Shown here piece by piece: positions 25,584-37,013 of a DNA stretch of 64,000 nucleotides. Origin of the DNA: an uncultured Nitrososphaerales archaeon. GTDB taxonomy: Archaea; Thermoproteota; Nitrososphaeria; Nitrososphaerales; Nitrososphaeraceae. The stretch is from assembly GCA_963695855.1 (NCBI GenBank), contig CAVOHZ010000002.1:32001-96000 (forward strand), in the 5' to 3' direction. The first letter of the stretch is position 1. Each line of letters opens with the position of its first letter. The notes beneath the pieces were generated by a model. That model worked only from the letters and a program-made list of their open reading frames with translations. It did no database searches and was not told the origin of the DNA. Made by a program: the position numbers and the translations under genes.

Positions 25584-25955
25584 ATGTCATCTAAAAATTT
25601 AGAATTTGATATTATTTACGACAAAATTTTTTCTCTAGTTAACGAATTAAAAAATGATGGAATTGATGTTAAAATAAAGATGGAGAAGGAGTCTGGTTTC
25701 TTGGGATTATATACGTCCAATTTCAATATGTTAGGAAGTGCAAAAAATGGGTTAAAAGACATTCTAGAACTCTCTTATACAACAGCTGAGCATCATCCAT
25801 ATTGGAACATGCTTTATAATGCATCCGAAATAATAAACACAATTTTAGGTTCATGGGATATTGATTTTAGTGATGATCAAATAAAAGAGATGGTTTGGCG
25901 AAATAATGAAATAAGATATAATCTAACTAAATTAGAATCTGATAGTATTAAATAG
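25584..25955 (+). CDS. Hypothetical protein (TAEHHPYW motif)
   Basis: Clean 123-aa ORF downstream of amoB. Confidence 0.7.
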   Translation: MSSKNLEFDIIYDKIFSLVNELKNDGIDVKIKMEKESGFLGLYTSNFNMLGSAKNGLKDILELSYTTAEHHPYWNMLYNASEIINTILGSWDIDFSDDQIKEMVWRNNEIRYNLTKLESDSIK

Positions 25956-26022
25956 CGACCAACTTTATTTATCAGTAGTGCATTAAACTTAATAGTATTA
26001 GAAATATGAAAATAATTACCCG

Positions 26023-26736
26023 ATGAAATGGTTTATCATTTTATTTGTTATTACACTTTCATTTTTAATAGTATTTAAATTTCTGTATTTTGAGAATTCA
26101 CTTCCATTCTTCAATTTATCTTCTCTGTTAGGAAATAATAACAATACCTCTTTTTATGTAAATGGTTCTCTGTTTTCATTGATAATATTAGGGGACCAAA
26201 ATCAAATAGAACATGATGACAGTATTTCCAATTTATTACCTTTCAAGACAAAGGAAAAAAATACCGATGTAGTTGATCTCGTTACATCCAGTCTAATGGA
26301 CATACTCATAAATCAGGAGTCAAAGTTTACGTTAGATGAATTACTTCCAAATTCTGAAATAGCGGATAATAAAAATTATAATAATATGGAAAAGTTGTTG
26401 ATTCTTAATGGTAGTTGGATCTTAGATGTAAAAAATGGAGAAATAATCTCTTTCACTGCCAAGATATCTAAAATTTCTAAAGATGGAATTTTTCCTCATA
26501 CGTACGAAATTCTTAATTTCATAGACGAAACTGATACTCCAATACGATTGTCAGAAACTGAAAATAATATCATAAAAGGCAAAGCACAGATAATTACCCC
26601 AAATGACATCATCAATGTTGATCTCTATTTGATTTTACAAAGAAATACAATTAGTATTATTTTACAACCAAAAATAATAGATGATGATTATCTAGGGCAA
26701 CCAATATACGGATTGACCGACTATATTAGAACTTAA
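26023..26736 (+). CDS. Membrane-anchored/secreted hypothetical protein; paralogue of 54536-55315
   Basis: N-terminal TM; shared G.W.L...F.A......DG...H...I.NF motif. Confidence 0.7.
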   Translation: MKWFIILFVITLSFLIVFKFLYFENSLPFFNLSSLLGNNNNTSFYVNGSLFSLIILGDQNQIEHDDSISNLLPFKTKEKNTDVVDLVTSSLMDILINQESKFTLDELLPNSEIADNKNYNNMEKLLILNGSWILDVKNGEIISFTAKISKISKDGIFPHTYEILNFIDETDTPIRLSETENNIIKGKAQIITPNDIINVDLYLILQRNTISIILQPKIIDDDYLGQPIYGLTDYIRT

Positions 26737-27030
26737 TTAATTTTCCTCATCGTATATCATAAATTTTTATATTTTTATATCGTAACTTTGAATTGCTCAA
26801 AATAATTATTTATATTATTTTGCTATTTTATAAAAGTCGTTATCAAGATTGTGACTCTCATCAGAAATAAATTTCTATCGTTTGTCTATGCTTGATAATA
26901 ATCATGTATATAATATTATAATTATAATATTGACTATTATCCAAAAAACATATCAAAATAATAATCCTTGAATTAATGCTATATTTAAAAACTAAACCTA
27001 TAATAGATGCTTTTTTAATAATTTTAAAGC

Positions 27031-28002
27031 ATGACTATATCTCTTGTGGCAACCGAATTAGAGCCCAAGGGCCTTAAATTCAAGAATTTAAAAAATGGAC
27101 AGTCAGTTCAAGGAACAACACTAGTAAAACGAGGCTTTGCTCATATGCAAAAACACGGAGTAATCATGGATGTCACTACAGTAGAACAAGCACATATAGC
27201 AGAGGATGCCGGAGCCGTAGCGGTTATGGTTCTAGATAAATTACCATATGATGTCAGAAAGGTCGGAGGAGTAGCAAGAACTGCCAGTATAAAAATTATA
27301 GAAGAGATAATGGATGAAATTACAATTCCAATCATGGCTAAATGTAGAATAGGCCATATTTCAGAGGCAAGGATGTTAGAAGCTGTTGATGTAGATATGA
27401 TAGATGAGAGCGAGGTCCTTACTCCGGCAGATGAGGAAAATCATATCTGGAAATGGGATTTTACTACTCCATTTGTTAATGGTGCAAAGAATCTTGCAGA
27501 AGCTTTACGTCGAATAGAAGAAGGAAGTTCTATGATTAGAACAAAAGGAGAACCAGGAACAGGAAATATAGCAGAGGCAGTTAGACATATAAAAAATGTA
27601 AATAGTGATATTAGAAAAGTAAATTCTATATTCCAGAGAAACGATGATCTTCAATTAATTAGTTTTGCGCGAGACTTAAAAGTTTCATACACGTTAGTTA
27701 AAGAAACCGCAAGACTTTGTAGGCTACCTGTTGTAAATTTTGCAGCTGGAGGTATAGCTACACCTGCAGATGCTGCTTTAGTTATGAACTATGGTTGTGA
27801 TGGTGTTTTTGTAGGTTCAGGTATTTTTAAGGCAGAAGACCCAGACCAGCGAGCTAGAGCAATCGTTCTAGCTACAACCTATTACGACGATCCAAAAATC
27901 GTAATGGAAGCTCAAAAAATGGTTGATGAAAGAAAATCTCTTTTAGGTTTAGATACAAAAAACCTTGAATTACGAATGCAAGAAAGAGGTCCATCAATTT
28001 GA
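27031..28002 (+). CDS. pdxS: Pyridoxal 5'-phosphate synthase lyase subunit
   Basis: [38 protein letters not shown]. Confidence 0.97.
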   Translation: MTISLVATELEPKGLKFKNLKNGQSVQGTTLVKRGFAHMQKHGVIMDVTTVEQAHIAEDAGAVAVMVLDKLPYDVRKVGGVARTASIKIIEEIMDEITIPIMAKCRIGHISEARMLEAVDVDMIDESEVLTPADEENHIWKWDFTTPFVNGAKNLAEALRRIEEGSSMIRTKGEPGTGNIAEAVRHIKNVNSDIRKVNSIFQRNDDLQLISFARDLKVSYTLVKETARLCRLPVVNFAAGGIATPADAALVMNYGCDGVFVGSGIFKAEDPDQRARAIVLATTYYDDPKIVMEAQKMVDERKSLLGLDTKNLELRMQERGPSI

Positions 28003-28628
28003 GTGAAATAAACATAGGTGTACTCGGCTTTCAAGGTGACATAGAGGAAAATATTATTTCGACAAAGGAGGCATTAAAGAATATGGATTTAAATGGAATA
28101 GTACAATCAATCCGTCATCCAGAATCAATTGAAAATTTGGATGGTTTGATATTACCTGGGGGAGAAAGTACTGTTATCGGAAATTTAGTTTGTCTTAATA
28201 ATGGTCAAATGTTTCAAACAATAAAAAAACGAGTTTCAGAAGGACTACCAATTATGGGTACATGTGCAGGTTTGATCATGTTATCCAAAAGGGCATACGA
28301 TAAAGTTGTTGGGGAAACAAGACAACAGTTATTGCAAGTATTGAATGTTGTTGTAGAACGAAATGCATTTGGAAGACAACATAATTCCTTTGAAATGAAT
28401 CTTGAAATCCCAGTCTTGGGAAAGACGCCTTTCAAAGGAATCTTTATCAGGGCTCCAATAATTACTGATATACAAGATAATGTTAATATTATTTCCTCAT
28501 TTGATGATAAAATAGTGGCAGTAAACCAAGATAATATTCTTGCCACCTCTTTTCATCCAGAATTATCATCTGATAGTAGAATGCATGAATTATTTGTAAA
28601 AAAAGTTTTTGGCTTTAAAAAAACCTAA
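27999..28628 (+). CDS. pdxT: PLP synthase glutaminase subunit
   Basis: LPGGEST, GTCAG, RNAFGRQ, FIRAP, SFHPEL. Confidence 0.96.
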   Translation: MSEINIGVLGFQGDIEENIISTKEALKNMDLNGIVQSIRHPESIENLDGLILPGGESTVIGNLVCLNNGQMFQTIKKRVSEGLPIMGTCAGLIMLSKRAYDKVVGETRQQLLQVLNVVVERNAFGRQHNSFEMNLEIPVLGKTPFKGIFIRAPIITDIQDNVNIISSFDDKIVAVNQDNILATSFHPELSSDSRMHELFVKKVFGFKKT

Positions 28629-28651
28629 AAATTGATTTGTTAAAATGCAAA

Positions 28652-28769
28652 TGCGGGGGGTGGGATTTGAACCCACGAACCGCTAAAGGACGGGATCCCA
28701 CATTTTTTTGATCTTAAGTCCCGCGTCTCCAAATTGTTTTTTTATTTGGCCAGGCTCTACAACCCCCGC
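28652..28769 (-). tRNA. tRNA-Leu(TAA) with two introns
   Basis: GCGGGGGTTGTAGAGCCTGGCCAAAT[17 nt]ACGCGGGACTTAAG[16 nt]ATCCCGTCC...GTTCAAATCCCACCCCCCGCA; removing 33 nt gives an 85-nt class II tRNA. Confidence 0.9.
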
Positions 28770-28860
28770 CTGTATTGCAAGTCGGCTAATCCTGATATTA
28801 AACCTTACAATAATAATTAAAAATCTAATTACAGACTTTATAATATAATTCTATTTGATT

Positions 28861-29313
28861 TTATGGAAATGGTACAGCATTAAATGGTAGAATAAAAGGA
28901 ACATCATTATTTTTATCTTCAGCATCTTTATCTTCAGCATCTTTATCTTCAGCATCTTTATCTTCAGCATCGTCACTTTCAAATAATTCATGTAATGAAA
29001 TATCTTCGTCGTCATTCTTTCCATCATTTTCATCCTTGCTACCTCCATCATCCTTGCTACCTCCATCATCCTTGCTACCTCCATCATCCTTGCTACCTCC
29101 ATCATCCTTGCTACCTCCATCATCCTTGCTACCTCCATCATCCTTGCTACCTCCATCATCCTTGCTACCTCCATCATCCTTGCTACCTCCATCATCCTTG
29201 CTACCTCCATCATCCCCTTCACCATATGCTAAATTGTTAAATAACGAAATATCGAAACCAACTAATAGTAATAAACTTACGAATAATGAAAGATATATTT
29301 TTTTTCTAATCAA
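28861..29313 (-). CDS. Secreted acidic low-complexity protein with (DDGGSK)x10 and (DAEDK)x4
   Basis: Signal peptide ending AYG, repeats in frame, C-terminal VPFILPF..PFP. Confidence 0.75.
   Translation of the reverse strand: MIRKKIYLSLFVSLLLLVGFDISLFNNLAYGEGDDGGSKDDGGSKDDGGSKDDGGSKDDGGSKDDGGSKDDGGSKDDGGSKDDGGSKDDGGSKDENDGKNDDEDISLHELFESDDAEDKDAEDKDAEDKDAEDKNNDVPFILPFNAVPFP
29031..29214. repeat. 18-bp tandem repeat x10 (a 15-bp repeat x4 lies at about 28913-28970)
   Basis: CATCCTTGCTACCTCCAT units; TTTATCTTCAGCATC units. Confidence 0.95.
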
Positions 29314-29480
29314 TTATAGTACGAATGATCATAATATTTCAGATTATATTAGGCTTAAGTAAGGTATTACTATATCATAATACTGGTATATTTCATGGAA
29401 TTTATTTCTATACAAAACTTTCATGATATTGTTTGTAATCAAATAACCATGATGAAATTATTTATGAACATTTCAGAATA

Positions 29481-29771
29481 CTAACCTATCCGTTTCATTT
29501 TTGAACCACATTTTGGACACATTAGATTATTATGTTTTGTATCACACATCATACAATAATAATTTACTTTATTAGAATCAAACATTGAAAAATTATCTAC
29601 TTTAAATCTTGTCATTTCTCTTCTTCGTATATATATACTAAGAATTAAAACTATTGAAACGATAACTATTAAAGAATAAGGAAAAGGTACTATCATTGAG
29701 ATAATAAAACTTATTACAAAATATATTGCAATCCATTTTAGTTGTTGGTATAAAAAATTTTTATTATTCAT
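29481..29771 (-). CDS. Two-TM membrane protein with C-terminal zinc ribbon
   Basis: Hydrophobic N-half; YYCMMC...CPKCGSKM. Confidence 0.75.
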   Translation of the reverse strand: MNNKNFLYQQLKWIAIYFVISFIISMIVPFPYSLIVIVSIVLILSIYIRRREMTRFKVDNFSMFDSNKVNYYCMMCDTKHNNLMCPKCGSKMKRIG

Positions 29772-29887
29772 TAATTAAATTAATACTAAGTGATATAAAT
29801 AAATTTTATAAATATATACAATTTGAATGTTTTACCAAACTATTTATTAATAGAAAGAGAAATCGTAAACAGTGTTAAATTTAATAA

Positions 29888-30730
29888 ATGATTGATATTA
29901 CTTTAGGTCATACGCCAGATTCAGACGATGCTTTTATGTTCTACGGCTTAGCAAGTGGAAAAGTTGATTCCAATGAATTCCGTATTGCTCATGTCATTGA
30001 AGATATAGAAAAACTCAACAAACGTGCGGTTAAACACGAGTTAGATATTACTGCTATCTCGGTTCATGCCTATGCTTTCTTGAAGGAGTATGTAATATTA
30101 AGAAGTGGGGGCAGTTTTGGAATAAACTATGGTCCTATTATACTTGCAAAAAAATATTTTTCTCAAGAAGAATTAACTACAAAAACAATCGCAATTCCGG
30201 GAAAAATGACTTCAGCATATCTATTGCTATCTCTCTTTCTAAATAATTTGAATCTAAATAATTTCAACGTAAAAGAAATACCATTTCATTTAATTCCTGA
30301 CGCAATAATTAATAACGAAGTTGATGCAGGCGTTGTAATTCATGAAATACAAATAGCATATGAACATTTAAAACTTTGTAAAATTATTGATCTGGGCGTG
30401 TGGTGGCATAATATAACGAATGGTTTACCAGTTCCATTAGGTATCAACGTTGCAAGTAATAAATCTTTAACATTAAGACAAATACGAGAATTCGATACTT
30501 TGTTTAAAAAATCTATTATTTACGGTCTTAATAATATGGAAGAAACTCTAAACTACGCAATGAAATATGGAAGAGGACAAGCACAAAATATGATCTCAAA
30601 ATTTGTTAATATGTACGTGAACGAGGTCACAATTGATATGGGGGATAAGGGGAAACAAGCAATTGAAAAGGTCTTTGATCTAGCTATTGAAAAACATATT
30701 TTATCGCCATTCTCTGTGTATTTTGCATGA
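29888..30730 (+). CDS. mqnD: 1,4-dihydroxy-6-naphthoate synthase (futalosine pathway)
   Basis: GHTPDSDDAFMFY, DIEKLN, YGPI, IHE, LPVPLG, MYVNE. Confidence 0.9.
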   Translation: MIDITLGHTPDSDDAFMFYGLASGKVDSNEFRIAHVIEDIEKLNKRAVKHELDITAISVHAYAFLKEYVILRSGGSFGINYGPIILAKKYFSQEELTTKTIAIPGKMTSAYLLLSLFLNNLNLNNFNVKEIPFHLIPDAIINNEVDAGVVIHEIQIAYEHLKLCKIIDLGVWWHNITNGLPVPLGINVASNKSLTLRQIREFDTLFKKSIIYGLNNMEETLNYAMKYGRGQAQNMISKFVNMYVNEVTIDMGDKGKQAIEKVFDLAIEKHILSPFSVYFA

Positions 30731-31004
30731 GGCAAAATGTTCTTTTCATTATCATAAAATCGAGACAGATCATAATCTGAACACTATTGAATAAGAGTTT
30801 ATCATTAATGTAATCAGTTTCGGCTTTTGCTTATACAAATTCTCTATTTTTACAGGTTTCACAAAAACTAGATCCAAAGATTGGATGATATAAATTTGAA
30901 CATTTATTTTCTTTCTATTTTATTATCGTACTAATAACATACAAGTTATATAAAAAAAATGTAACTTACCATCAATCTTTCTTATTGTTTAATAAAATAT
31001 TAAG

Positions 31005-32108
31005 TCAGTAATTCTTTATAATATTAAAAAATGTATCTCTCTGAGCTGGTTGTCTATTTACCTCTCTAACCAAACTCGCTAATTCTTCCATAGAAGTACC
31101 ACTATTCTTTCCTGCTGCACGAAAGATTTCTTCTGAAAATGCAGTACCAACAAAATCATTTCCACCATATGATAATGCAACTTGAGCTATTTTTTTTCCT
31201 AATGCTACCCAATAAACAGAAATATTGTTTAAAGTATTTGCTAATAAAAGTCTTGATATTGCAATAACCCTAAGATCATATACAGATGAACTTTCTATTT
31301 TAATTTCTCCATTTTTTTCGATTTCAGTATTATCTAAACTAAATTTTAGCGGAATAAAGGTGTTAAATCCACCGGTTTTTTTATGTAGATCTCTTATTTT
31401 AATAATATGATCAACAATATGTTCTGGTTTTTCAATATGACCAAAAAGCATAGTGGAATTAGTTTTTAACCCAACTTCATGAGCCTGTCTAGCGGTATCT
31501 AACCACTCTTCGCCTGAACATTTCCCTCTTACAATTCTATTCCTAACCTCAGGACTGAAAATTTCTGCTCCGCCACCGGGAAGTGCATCCAAACCAGAAC
31601 TTTTTAATCTATTTAGTATTTCCTTAACTGAATTTTTTGTTAATTTAGATATAAAAAAAATTTCTGCAGGTGTTAATGCTTTAATCGTGACATTAGGAAA
31701 TTCATTTTTAATACTTTTTATCATTTTTTCGTAATAATCAAGTCCAAGTTTTGGGTGAAATCCTCCAACTATGTGTAATTCAGTTACTCCCATTTGTTTA
31801 ATAGCTACTCTAGCACGTTCAACGACCTGTTCAGTTGTAAGAGTATACGCATCATCCTCACTTCCCTTTCTATAAAATGCACATAGGGGACAGCTTGCAA
31901 TACAAACATTAGTGTAGTTTAGATAATATGATGATGTAAATGTAACAATATTCCCATTTTTTTTCTTTCGGATAATATCAGCAGCTGAACCCAATAAGAA
32001 CAAGTTTTCTTTAAATAACTGAATACCATCGTTATAGGATAATTCTTCTCCAGCTAAAACCTTTTCTACAGCGATAGTTGGTTTAGTATTAAAAATATTA
32101 TTATACAA
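31005..32108 (-). CDS. mqnE: Aminofutalosine synthase (CofH-type radical SAM)
   Basis: NYTNVCIASCPLCAFY, PGGGAEIF, TMLFGHIE, YWVALG; mqn cluster. Confidence 0.8.
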   Translation of the reverse strand: MYNNIFNTKPTIAVEKVLAGEELSYNDGIQLFKENLFLLGSAADIIRKKKNGNIVTFTSSYYLNYTNVCIASCPLCAFYRKGSEDDAYTLTTEQVVERARVAIKQMGVTELHIVGGFHPKLGLDYYEKMIKSIKNEFPNVTIKALTPAEIFFISKLTKNSVKEILNRLKSSGLDALPGGGAEIFSPEVRNRIVRGKCSGEEWLDTARQAHEVGLKTNSTMLFGHIEKPEHIVDHIIKIRDLHKKTGGFNTFIPLKFSLDNTEIEKNGEIKIESSSVYDLRVIAISRLLLANTLNNISVYWVALGKKIAQVALSYGGNDFVGTAFSEEIFRAAGKNSGTSMEELASLVREVNRQPAQRDTFFNIIKNY

Positions 32109-32204
32109 GTTTTGATAGATCTAATCTAATTATTTATTGATATATAACTTCTTTCAAATTGGTCTTGTAACGAATAAATAGAATTAAGAAAATATAGTAC
32201 ATAA

Positions 32205-33326
32205 TTGCAAAATAGCTTATCTTACTTTGTCTCTGAATCAGAAATAGGAGATATTTTAAATGATGTTTTGGGAGGTAAACGACTTAATTTCAAAGATTGT
32301 GTAAAACTTATAGGTTCTGATGATATTTATGCAATCGGGCTAGTAGCTAATCTATTAAGAGATAATCTTTTTGGCAAAACTGCTACTTTTATAAATAATA
32401 TTATTCTAAACTACACTAATGTTTGTGTAACTTACTGTAAATTTTGTGCTTTTTACAGACCACCTGGACATGAAGCATCATATACTCTTACAAAATTAGA
32501 TATATTAAAAAGAATTTCCATCTCCAAAGAACTGTTTGGAATGACTCAAATACTTTTTCAAGGTGGACACAATCCAAAATTGTCGATAGAATATTACGAA
32601 GATATTTTCAAAGATATTAAAAAGTATTATCCATCTATTTCAATCCATGGTCTTTCTGCCTCTGAAATAGATATGATAGCAAAAGTTGAACGAAGTAGTA
32701 CAAAGGAAATATTATCTAGATTAAAGATGTCGGGTTTAGATTCTCTTCCAGGTGCAGGAGCAGAAATTCTTGTAGATGAAGTTAAGTCTAAAATAAGCCC
32801 TCTTAAAATCAAAAGTAATGATTGGCTCAGGATAATGAATGAGGCACATGATATGGGAATTAGTTCTTCTGCAACTATGATGTATGGAACTGTAGAAAAT
32901 GATTATGATATTGCTCAACACTTGATGAAAATATGTGAACTACAAGAGAAAACTAATGGTTTTATAGCTTTCATTCCTTGGGGATTTGAACCTAATAAAA
33001 CTCAATTGCAATTGGAAGGATTGACCAAATATTCACCTGGAGGGTTAAAATTGTTAAAGATGATATCCATCTCAAGAATAATCTTTTATGGTTTAATTCC
33101 TCATATTCAGTCATCATGGTTAACAAATGGAATAGGTATGGCACAGTTAGCACTATTTTTTGGAGCAGATGATTTTGGGGGTACCTTAATTGGTGAAGAA
33201 GTTGTAAGTGCCACTGGAGCACGTTCTACTGAGCTAACTTCAAGCAAGATAATTGAATCCATTCAACAAGTTGAATTTCGTGCTGCTGAGCGCGATAACT
33301 TTTATAATATTATACGTTTTTTTTAG
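32205..33326 (+). CDS. mqnC: Cyclic dehypoxanthinyl futalosine synthase (radical SAM)
   Basis: NYTNVCVTYCKFCAFYR, QGGHNP, PGAGAEIL, AFIPW, HIQSSW, GADDFGG. Confidence 0.85.
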   Translation: MQNSLSYFVSESEIGDILNDVLGGKRLNFKDCVKLIGSDDIYAIGLVANLLRDNLFGKTATFINNIILNYTNVCVTYCKFCAFYRPPGHEASYTLTKLDILKRISISKELFGMTQILFQGGHNPKLSIEYYEDIFKDIKKYYPSISIHGLSASEIDMIAKVERSSTKEILSRLKMSGLDSLPGAGAEILVDEVKSKISPLKIKSNDWLRIMNEAHDMGISSSATMMYGTVENDYDIAQHLMKICELQEKTNGFIAFIPWGFEPNKTQLQLEGLTKYSPGGLKLLKMISISRIIFYGLIPHIQSSWLTNGIGMAQLALFFGADDFGGTLIGEEVVSATGARSTELTSSKIIESIQQVEFRAAERDNFYNIIRFF

Positions 33327-33462
33327 TATAATTTTTGAAATTGATATTTTATCTAAAAATTGTATATCTTTATAAATTTTTTATAAAATAAAATGATAAT
33401 TACAAAATTCTCTATAAATAGTAAGTACGTTTAAATGTCTAATTCATAAAATAGAAGTTGAT

Positions 33463-34860
33463 ATGTCTGTTGGTATTGATGATATGGCCCTTTATGTTCC
33501 CAAGTTATATGTAGATTCAAATGATTTTGCGAAGGCAAGAGGAATTGACCCTCATAAATTAGAAAATGGAATAGGTATAAAGAAAATGGCCATTGTTGAT
33601 ACTAATCAGGATCCAGCATGTATGGCCTCTAATGCTTGTTTAAAGCTAATGCAGAAAAATGACTTGAAACCAAATGATATAGGAAGAATGTATGTAGCTA
33701 CTGAGTCAGGTCTGGATGAATCCAAAGCAATGAATTCCTTCGTGATAGGTATGCTCGAACAGATTTATGGGGAAGACTCATTTGAACATGCCGGCGGAAT
33801 AGAATGTAAATTTGCTTGTGTGAGTGGTTCCTATGCTCTATATGATAATGCTAATTGGATCAGGGCCGAAGAAAATAACGGACGTGCAGCCATTGTCATA
33901 GTAAGCGATATAGCAAAGTATGATCTAGGTTCTGCAGGAGAATATACTCAAGGGGCAGGCGCAATAGCAATGCTTGTCAAAGAAAATCCTAGATTAGTTA
34001 TTTTCGATCCCAAAGTTACTTCTACGATTATTAAAAATGAGTATGATTTTTACCGCCCGTTTGGAAGAGAAACTCCTCTTGTTAATGGTAGTTATTCTAA
34101 TTATTTGTATCTAATTCAAGTTAAAAAAGCCTTTGATAGTTATAAGGAAAAAGTTTTAAGAACTAATTTGTTCCAAATAAACAGCGATGAATCAATAACA
34201 GATAAAATTGATTATGTTAGCGTCCATCTACCTTATAGGAAAATGGGTGAAAAAGCATTGGCTTATCTTTTACGACATGAATGGAGACATCTTCCAAGAT
34301 GGAAAAAAATAATTGAAGAAGTTGGAATGGAGGAGCCAATCCCAAAGGATCCAAGAGGAACAATTGAATCTATTCTAGCCGATAAAGAATTTATGAAAGC
34401 AGATGATACCTTCAGACGTGCATTTATAAAAACAACTTTCTTTAAACAAGTCTTCGAGCAAAAGATGGCTAGTTCTCTTGAAGCATCTACAGTAATAGGA
34501 AATATATATACTGCATCTATGTACATGGGATTACGAAGTCTACTTGAATTTGAATATAAGAAAAATATTGATTTAGCAAATAAGAGAATAGGATTTGGTT
34601 CATATGGAAGTGGAAGTAGTGCAATGGTTTTCAGTGGCGTGGTCCAAGAAGAATATAAAGAAATAGTAAAGGACATGAATCTAGAAATGGAAATAGGAAA
34701 TCGTACTAAACTTGATATGGCAGAATATAAACGTCTTCACTCTAATGAACTACCAATAAATGAATCCTTTTTGGATCATGAGAAAGAATTTGTTCTAGTA
34801 AAGATTGGAGGAAATACATCTGATAAAGCTGGACAAAGAGACTATCTCTTTTGTAACTAA
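33463..34860 (+). CDS. Hydroxymethylglutaryl-CoA synthase
   Basis: ATESG.D.SKA, KFACVSG catalytic Cys, GEYTQGAGA, HLPY, GNIYTAS, SYGSG. Confidence 0.93.
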   Translation: MSVGIDDMALYVPKLYVDSNDFAKARGIDPHKLENGIGIKKMAIVDTNQDPACMASNACLKLMQKNDLKPNDIGRMYVATESGLDESKAMNSFVIGMLEQIYGEDSFEHAGGIECKFACVSGSYALYDNANWIRAEENNGRAAIVIVSDIAKYDLGSAGEYTQGAGAIAMLVKENPRLVIFDPKVTSTIIKNEYDFYRPFGRETPLVNGSYSNYLYLIQVKKAFDSYKEKVLRTNLFQINSDESITDKIDYVSVHLPYRKMGEKALAYLLRHEWRHLPRWKKIIEEVGMEEPIPKDPRGTIESILADKEFMKADDTFRRAFIKTTFFKQVFEQKMASSLEASTVIGNIYTASMYMGLRSLLEFEYKKNIDLANKRIGFGSYGSGSSAMVFSGVVQEEYKEIVKDMNLEMEIGNRTKLDMAEYKRLHSNELPINESFLDHEKEFVLVKIGGNTSDKAGQRDYLFCN

Positions 34861-35278
34861 ATAATTTTTCTAATTTAGACACTTTTTAATATTATGTTCT
34901 TCTATTATATAATAACTCCACCTGTAGGAAGTTATATTATAATATGAATATTTTAGTATTAAGACTCTATCCTAAAAGTAGTTTATAGCTCTATTTTCTT
35001 AGAGTTCACCTAATTTTTTCAATATTGTTTCTATACCTTTGAACTATTCATTTTGTTTTTCATCATTTTTTCTGCAGATATTTTTATAAACAGAATAATT
35101 GGGTTTCGGGATAGGTTATGTAGATTGTTACTGTACTTCTTTTTTTATATAATTTAGATAACTTTGAATTATGTCCTTGTGGAATTTTTGTGTAAGTTCC
35201 ATTGATTTAATAAATGTATCCAAATTATTAGTTATAATATTGTTTATTAATTTTAATGACTCATCTTTGCTAATTAAA

Positions 35279-35650
35279 TTAGTATGCATATTTTGAATGT
35301 GGAATGGATAATGTGTAAATCTTCCAGAAATAGTAAATATCCTGTAATATTTGAGAATATACCGAATTATACATGTTTATCATATTCTTATTAAGTTCTA
35401 GATAATAGGTAGTAATCTCTATTGGATCATTAATAGTTCGTTGTTGATGTTGTCTCAAACTATTATCAGGATGCTGTACTAATTGTATATTTGTTTGATT
35501 TTTGTCTGGATCGTAAATTATAGAATCTGGTAATTTCTTTCTTTGTAAATATTGTTGTTTCTTGTTCTTTTCTTTTTTTGCGTACGTCTTTTTGATCTTG
35601 TTAGTCTTGCTTAATTTCTTGTGATATAATATTGGTTTAGATAACAACAC
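35279..35650 (-). pseudogene. Low-complexity hypothetical ORF, probably degenerate
   Basis: Lys/Gln-rich ORF followed by stop-ridden continuation to about 34990. Confidence 0.3.
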
Positions 35651-36074
35651 AAAAATACGAACGTTCTTATTTAAAAAAATTTGTATAATAAATATATAAT
35701 TTCTGGTTAAAAAAAATTATTATACAAGATTATTGAATTTGTAATTTGATTATAACTCTCATATATTAATAACTCAGTTTTACGATTTGATGATACACAT
35801 AGTTATAAAGATTAACATGGTCAATCCAACTTAAAAAAGAATTAAATTTAACTCTTGGAATTTTAGAAGAATGATAAATTTTATTCTACACTAGAGTCAG
35901 CAGCAATATATTTCCAAATTTTATAGATATATTAATAATTGATATCAATATAATAATCAAAAAATATCAATAACATTATACATACCAAAACAAATACTAA
36001 AAATTAATCTTATTATCAGTATATATTCAATAAATTTTGTGTAAAAAAATAATATATTGTTAACTTTTTAATAT

Positions 36075-36458
36075 CTACTTACTTTCAGGTTTTGTTTTGT
36101 CCTCCACAATTTTATATCTTGATAAAAACTTGTAGGCAACGAAAACTACAAGTGCTATTATCAGAAAATCTATGATATTAGCAATCAAGTCTCCATATTT
36201 GAATTCTGACATTGTACCAGACACACTCGTAACATTTGCAGATAGTGTTTCTAGACTTCCTGAGGGCAGGAATAGACCAACAAGTGGATTAATAATATCT
36301 TCAACAAACGCAGTAACCAATTTTGATGATGCCTGCCCTATGACAAAAGCTATTGCTAAACCTATTATACCAAATGTCTTGAGAAAATCAAAGAATTCCT
36401 GAATAAAAGTTCTAGTTACTGGAGACGATGAAGAAGGAGAGAAATCTTTATCTACCAT
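36075..36458 (-). CDS. mscL: Large-conductance mechanosensitive channel
   Basis: EFFDFL, IGLAIAFVIG, KLVTAFVEDIINPL, YGDLI..IIDFLII. Confidence 0.9.
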   Translation of the reverse strand: MVDKDFSPSSSSPVTRTFIQEFFDFLKTFGIIGLAIAFVIGQASSKLVTAFVEDIINPLVGLFLPSGSLETLSANVTSVSGTMSEFKYGDLIANIIDFLIIALVVFVAYKFLSRYKIVEDKTKPESK

Positions 36459-37013
36459 GATTTTAATATATCTAAAAAAACAACATCTTTCATCAATAAT
36501 AACGTTTAAAATTATTTACAAGAATGTAAAATATTACATTAACTATATGAAATATTTAGAAAAATTTTAGAATAAGAGTTACATTTTTCTGTAATGTTTC
36601 GTAAATAATTTTATCTTTTTCATTTTCTATTTCTATTTTATTTATCCAAATTATTATACAAGTTTTCAAATAATGGGAAATAGAAAAGAGTAAAAAAACT
36701 TTTTATTTTCAGCAATTGACTTACTATACCATCTATTTTATGTGTTATTATTATCATCTAGTTTATTTTTATTCATGATATGGATCCTATTCTCTATATT
36801 CATCTAAATATTTTGATAATTACATTATTGCGCCATCTATAGCAAATCCAAAACGATTTAAATTATTTTCAGACTTATAAACTAGAACGGAATTAAATTT
36901 TAACAAAAAATGACTCTAATTACGCATTTAAAAAAAACTAAATACAAGATATGTACCTTTGTATACATATCAAACTCGAATCTGTGATCACATTAAATTA
37001 TTATATATTTTGT

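Noticed and set aside
28851-29362. Overlapping ORFs with MMEVAR, CYLHHP and LLPPSS repeats
   Set aside because: Alternative frames of the 18-bp repeat; only the signal-peptide-bearing DDGGSK frame looks real
36515-36530. TTTACA-AGAA-TGTAAA upstream of mscL as a further copper box
   Set aside because: 4-nt rather than 2-nt spacer; likely chance in AT-rich DNA
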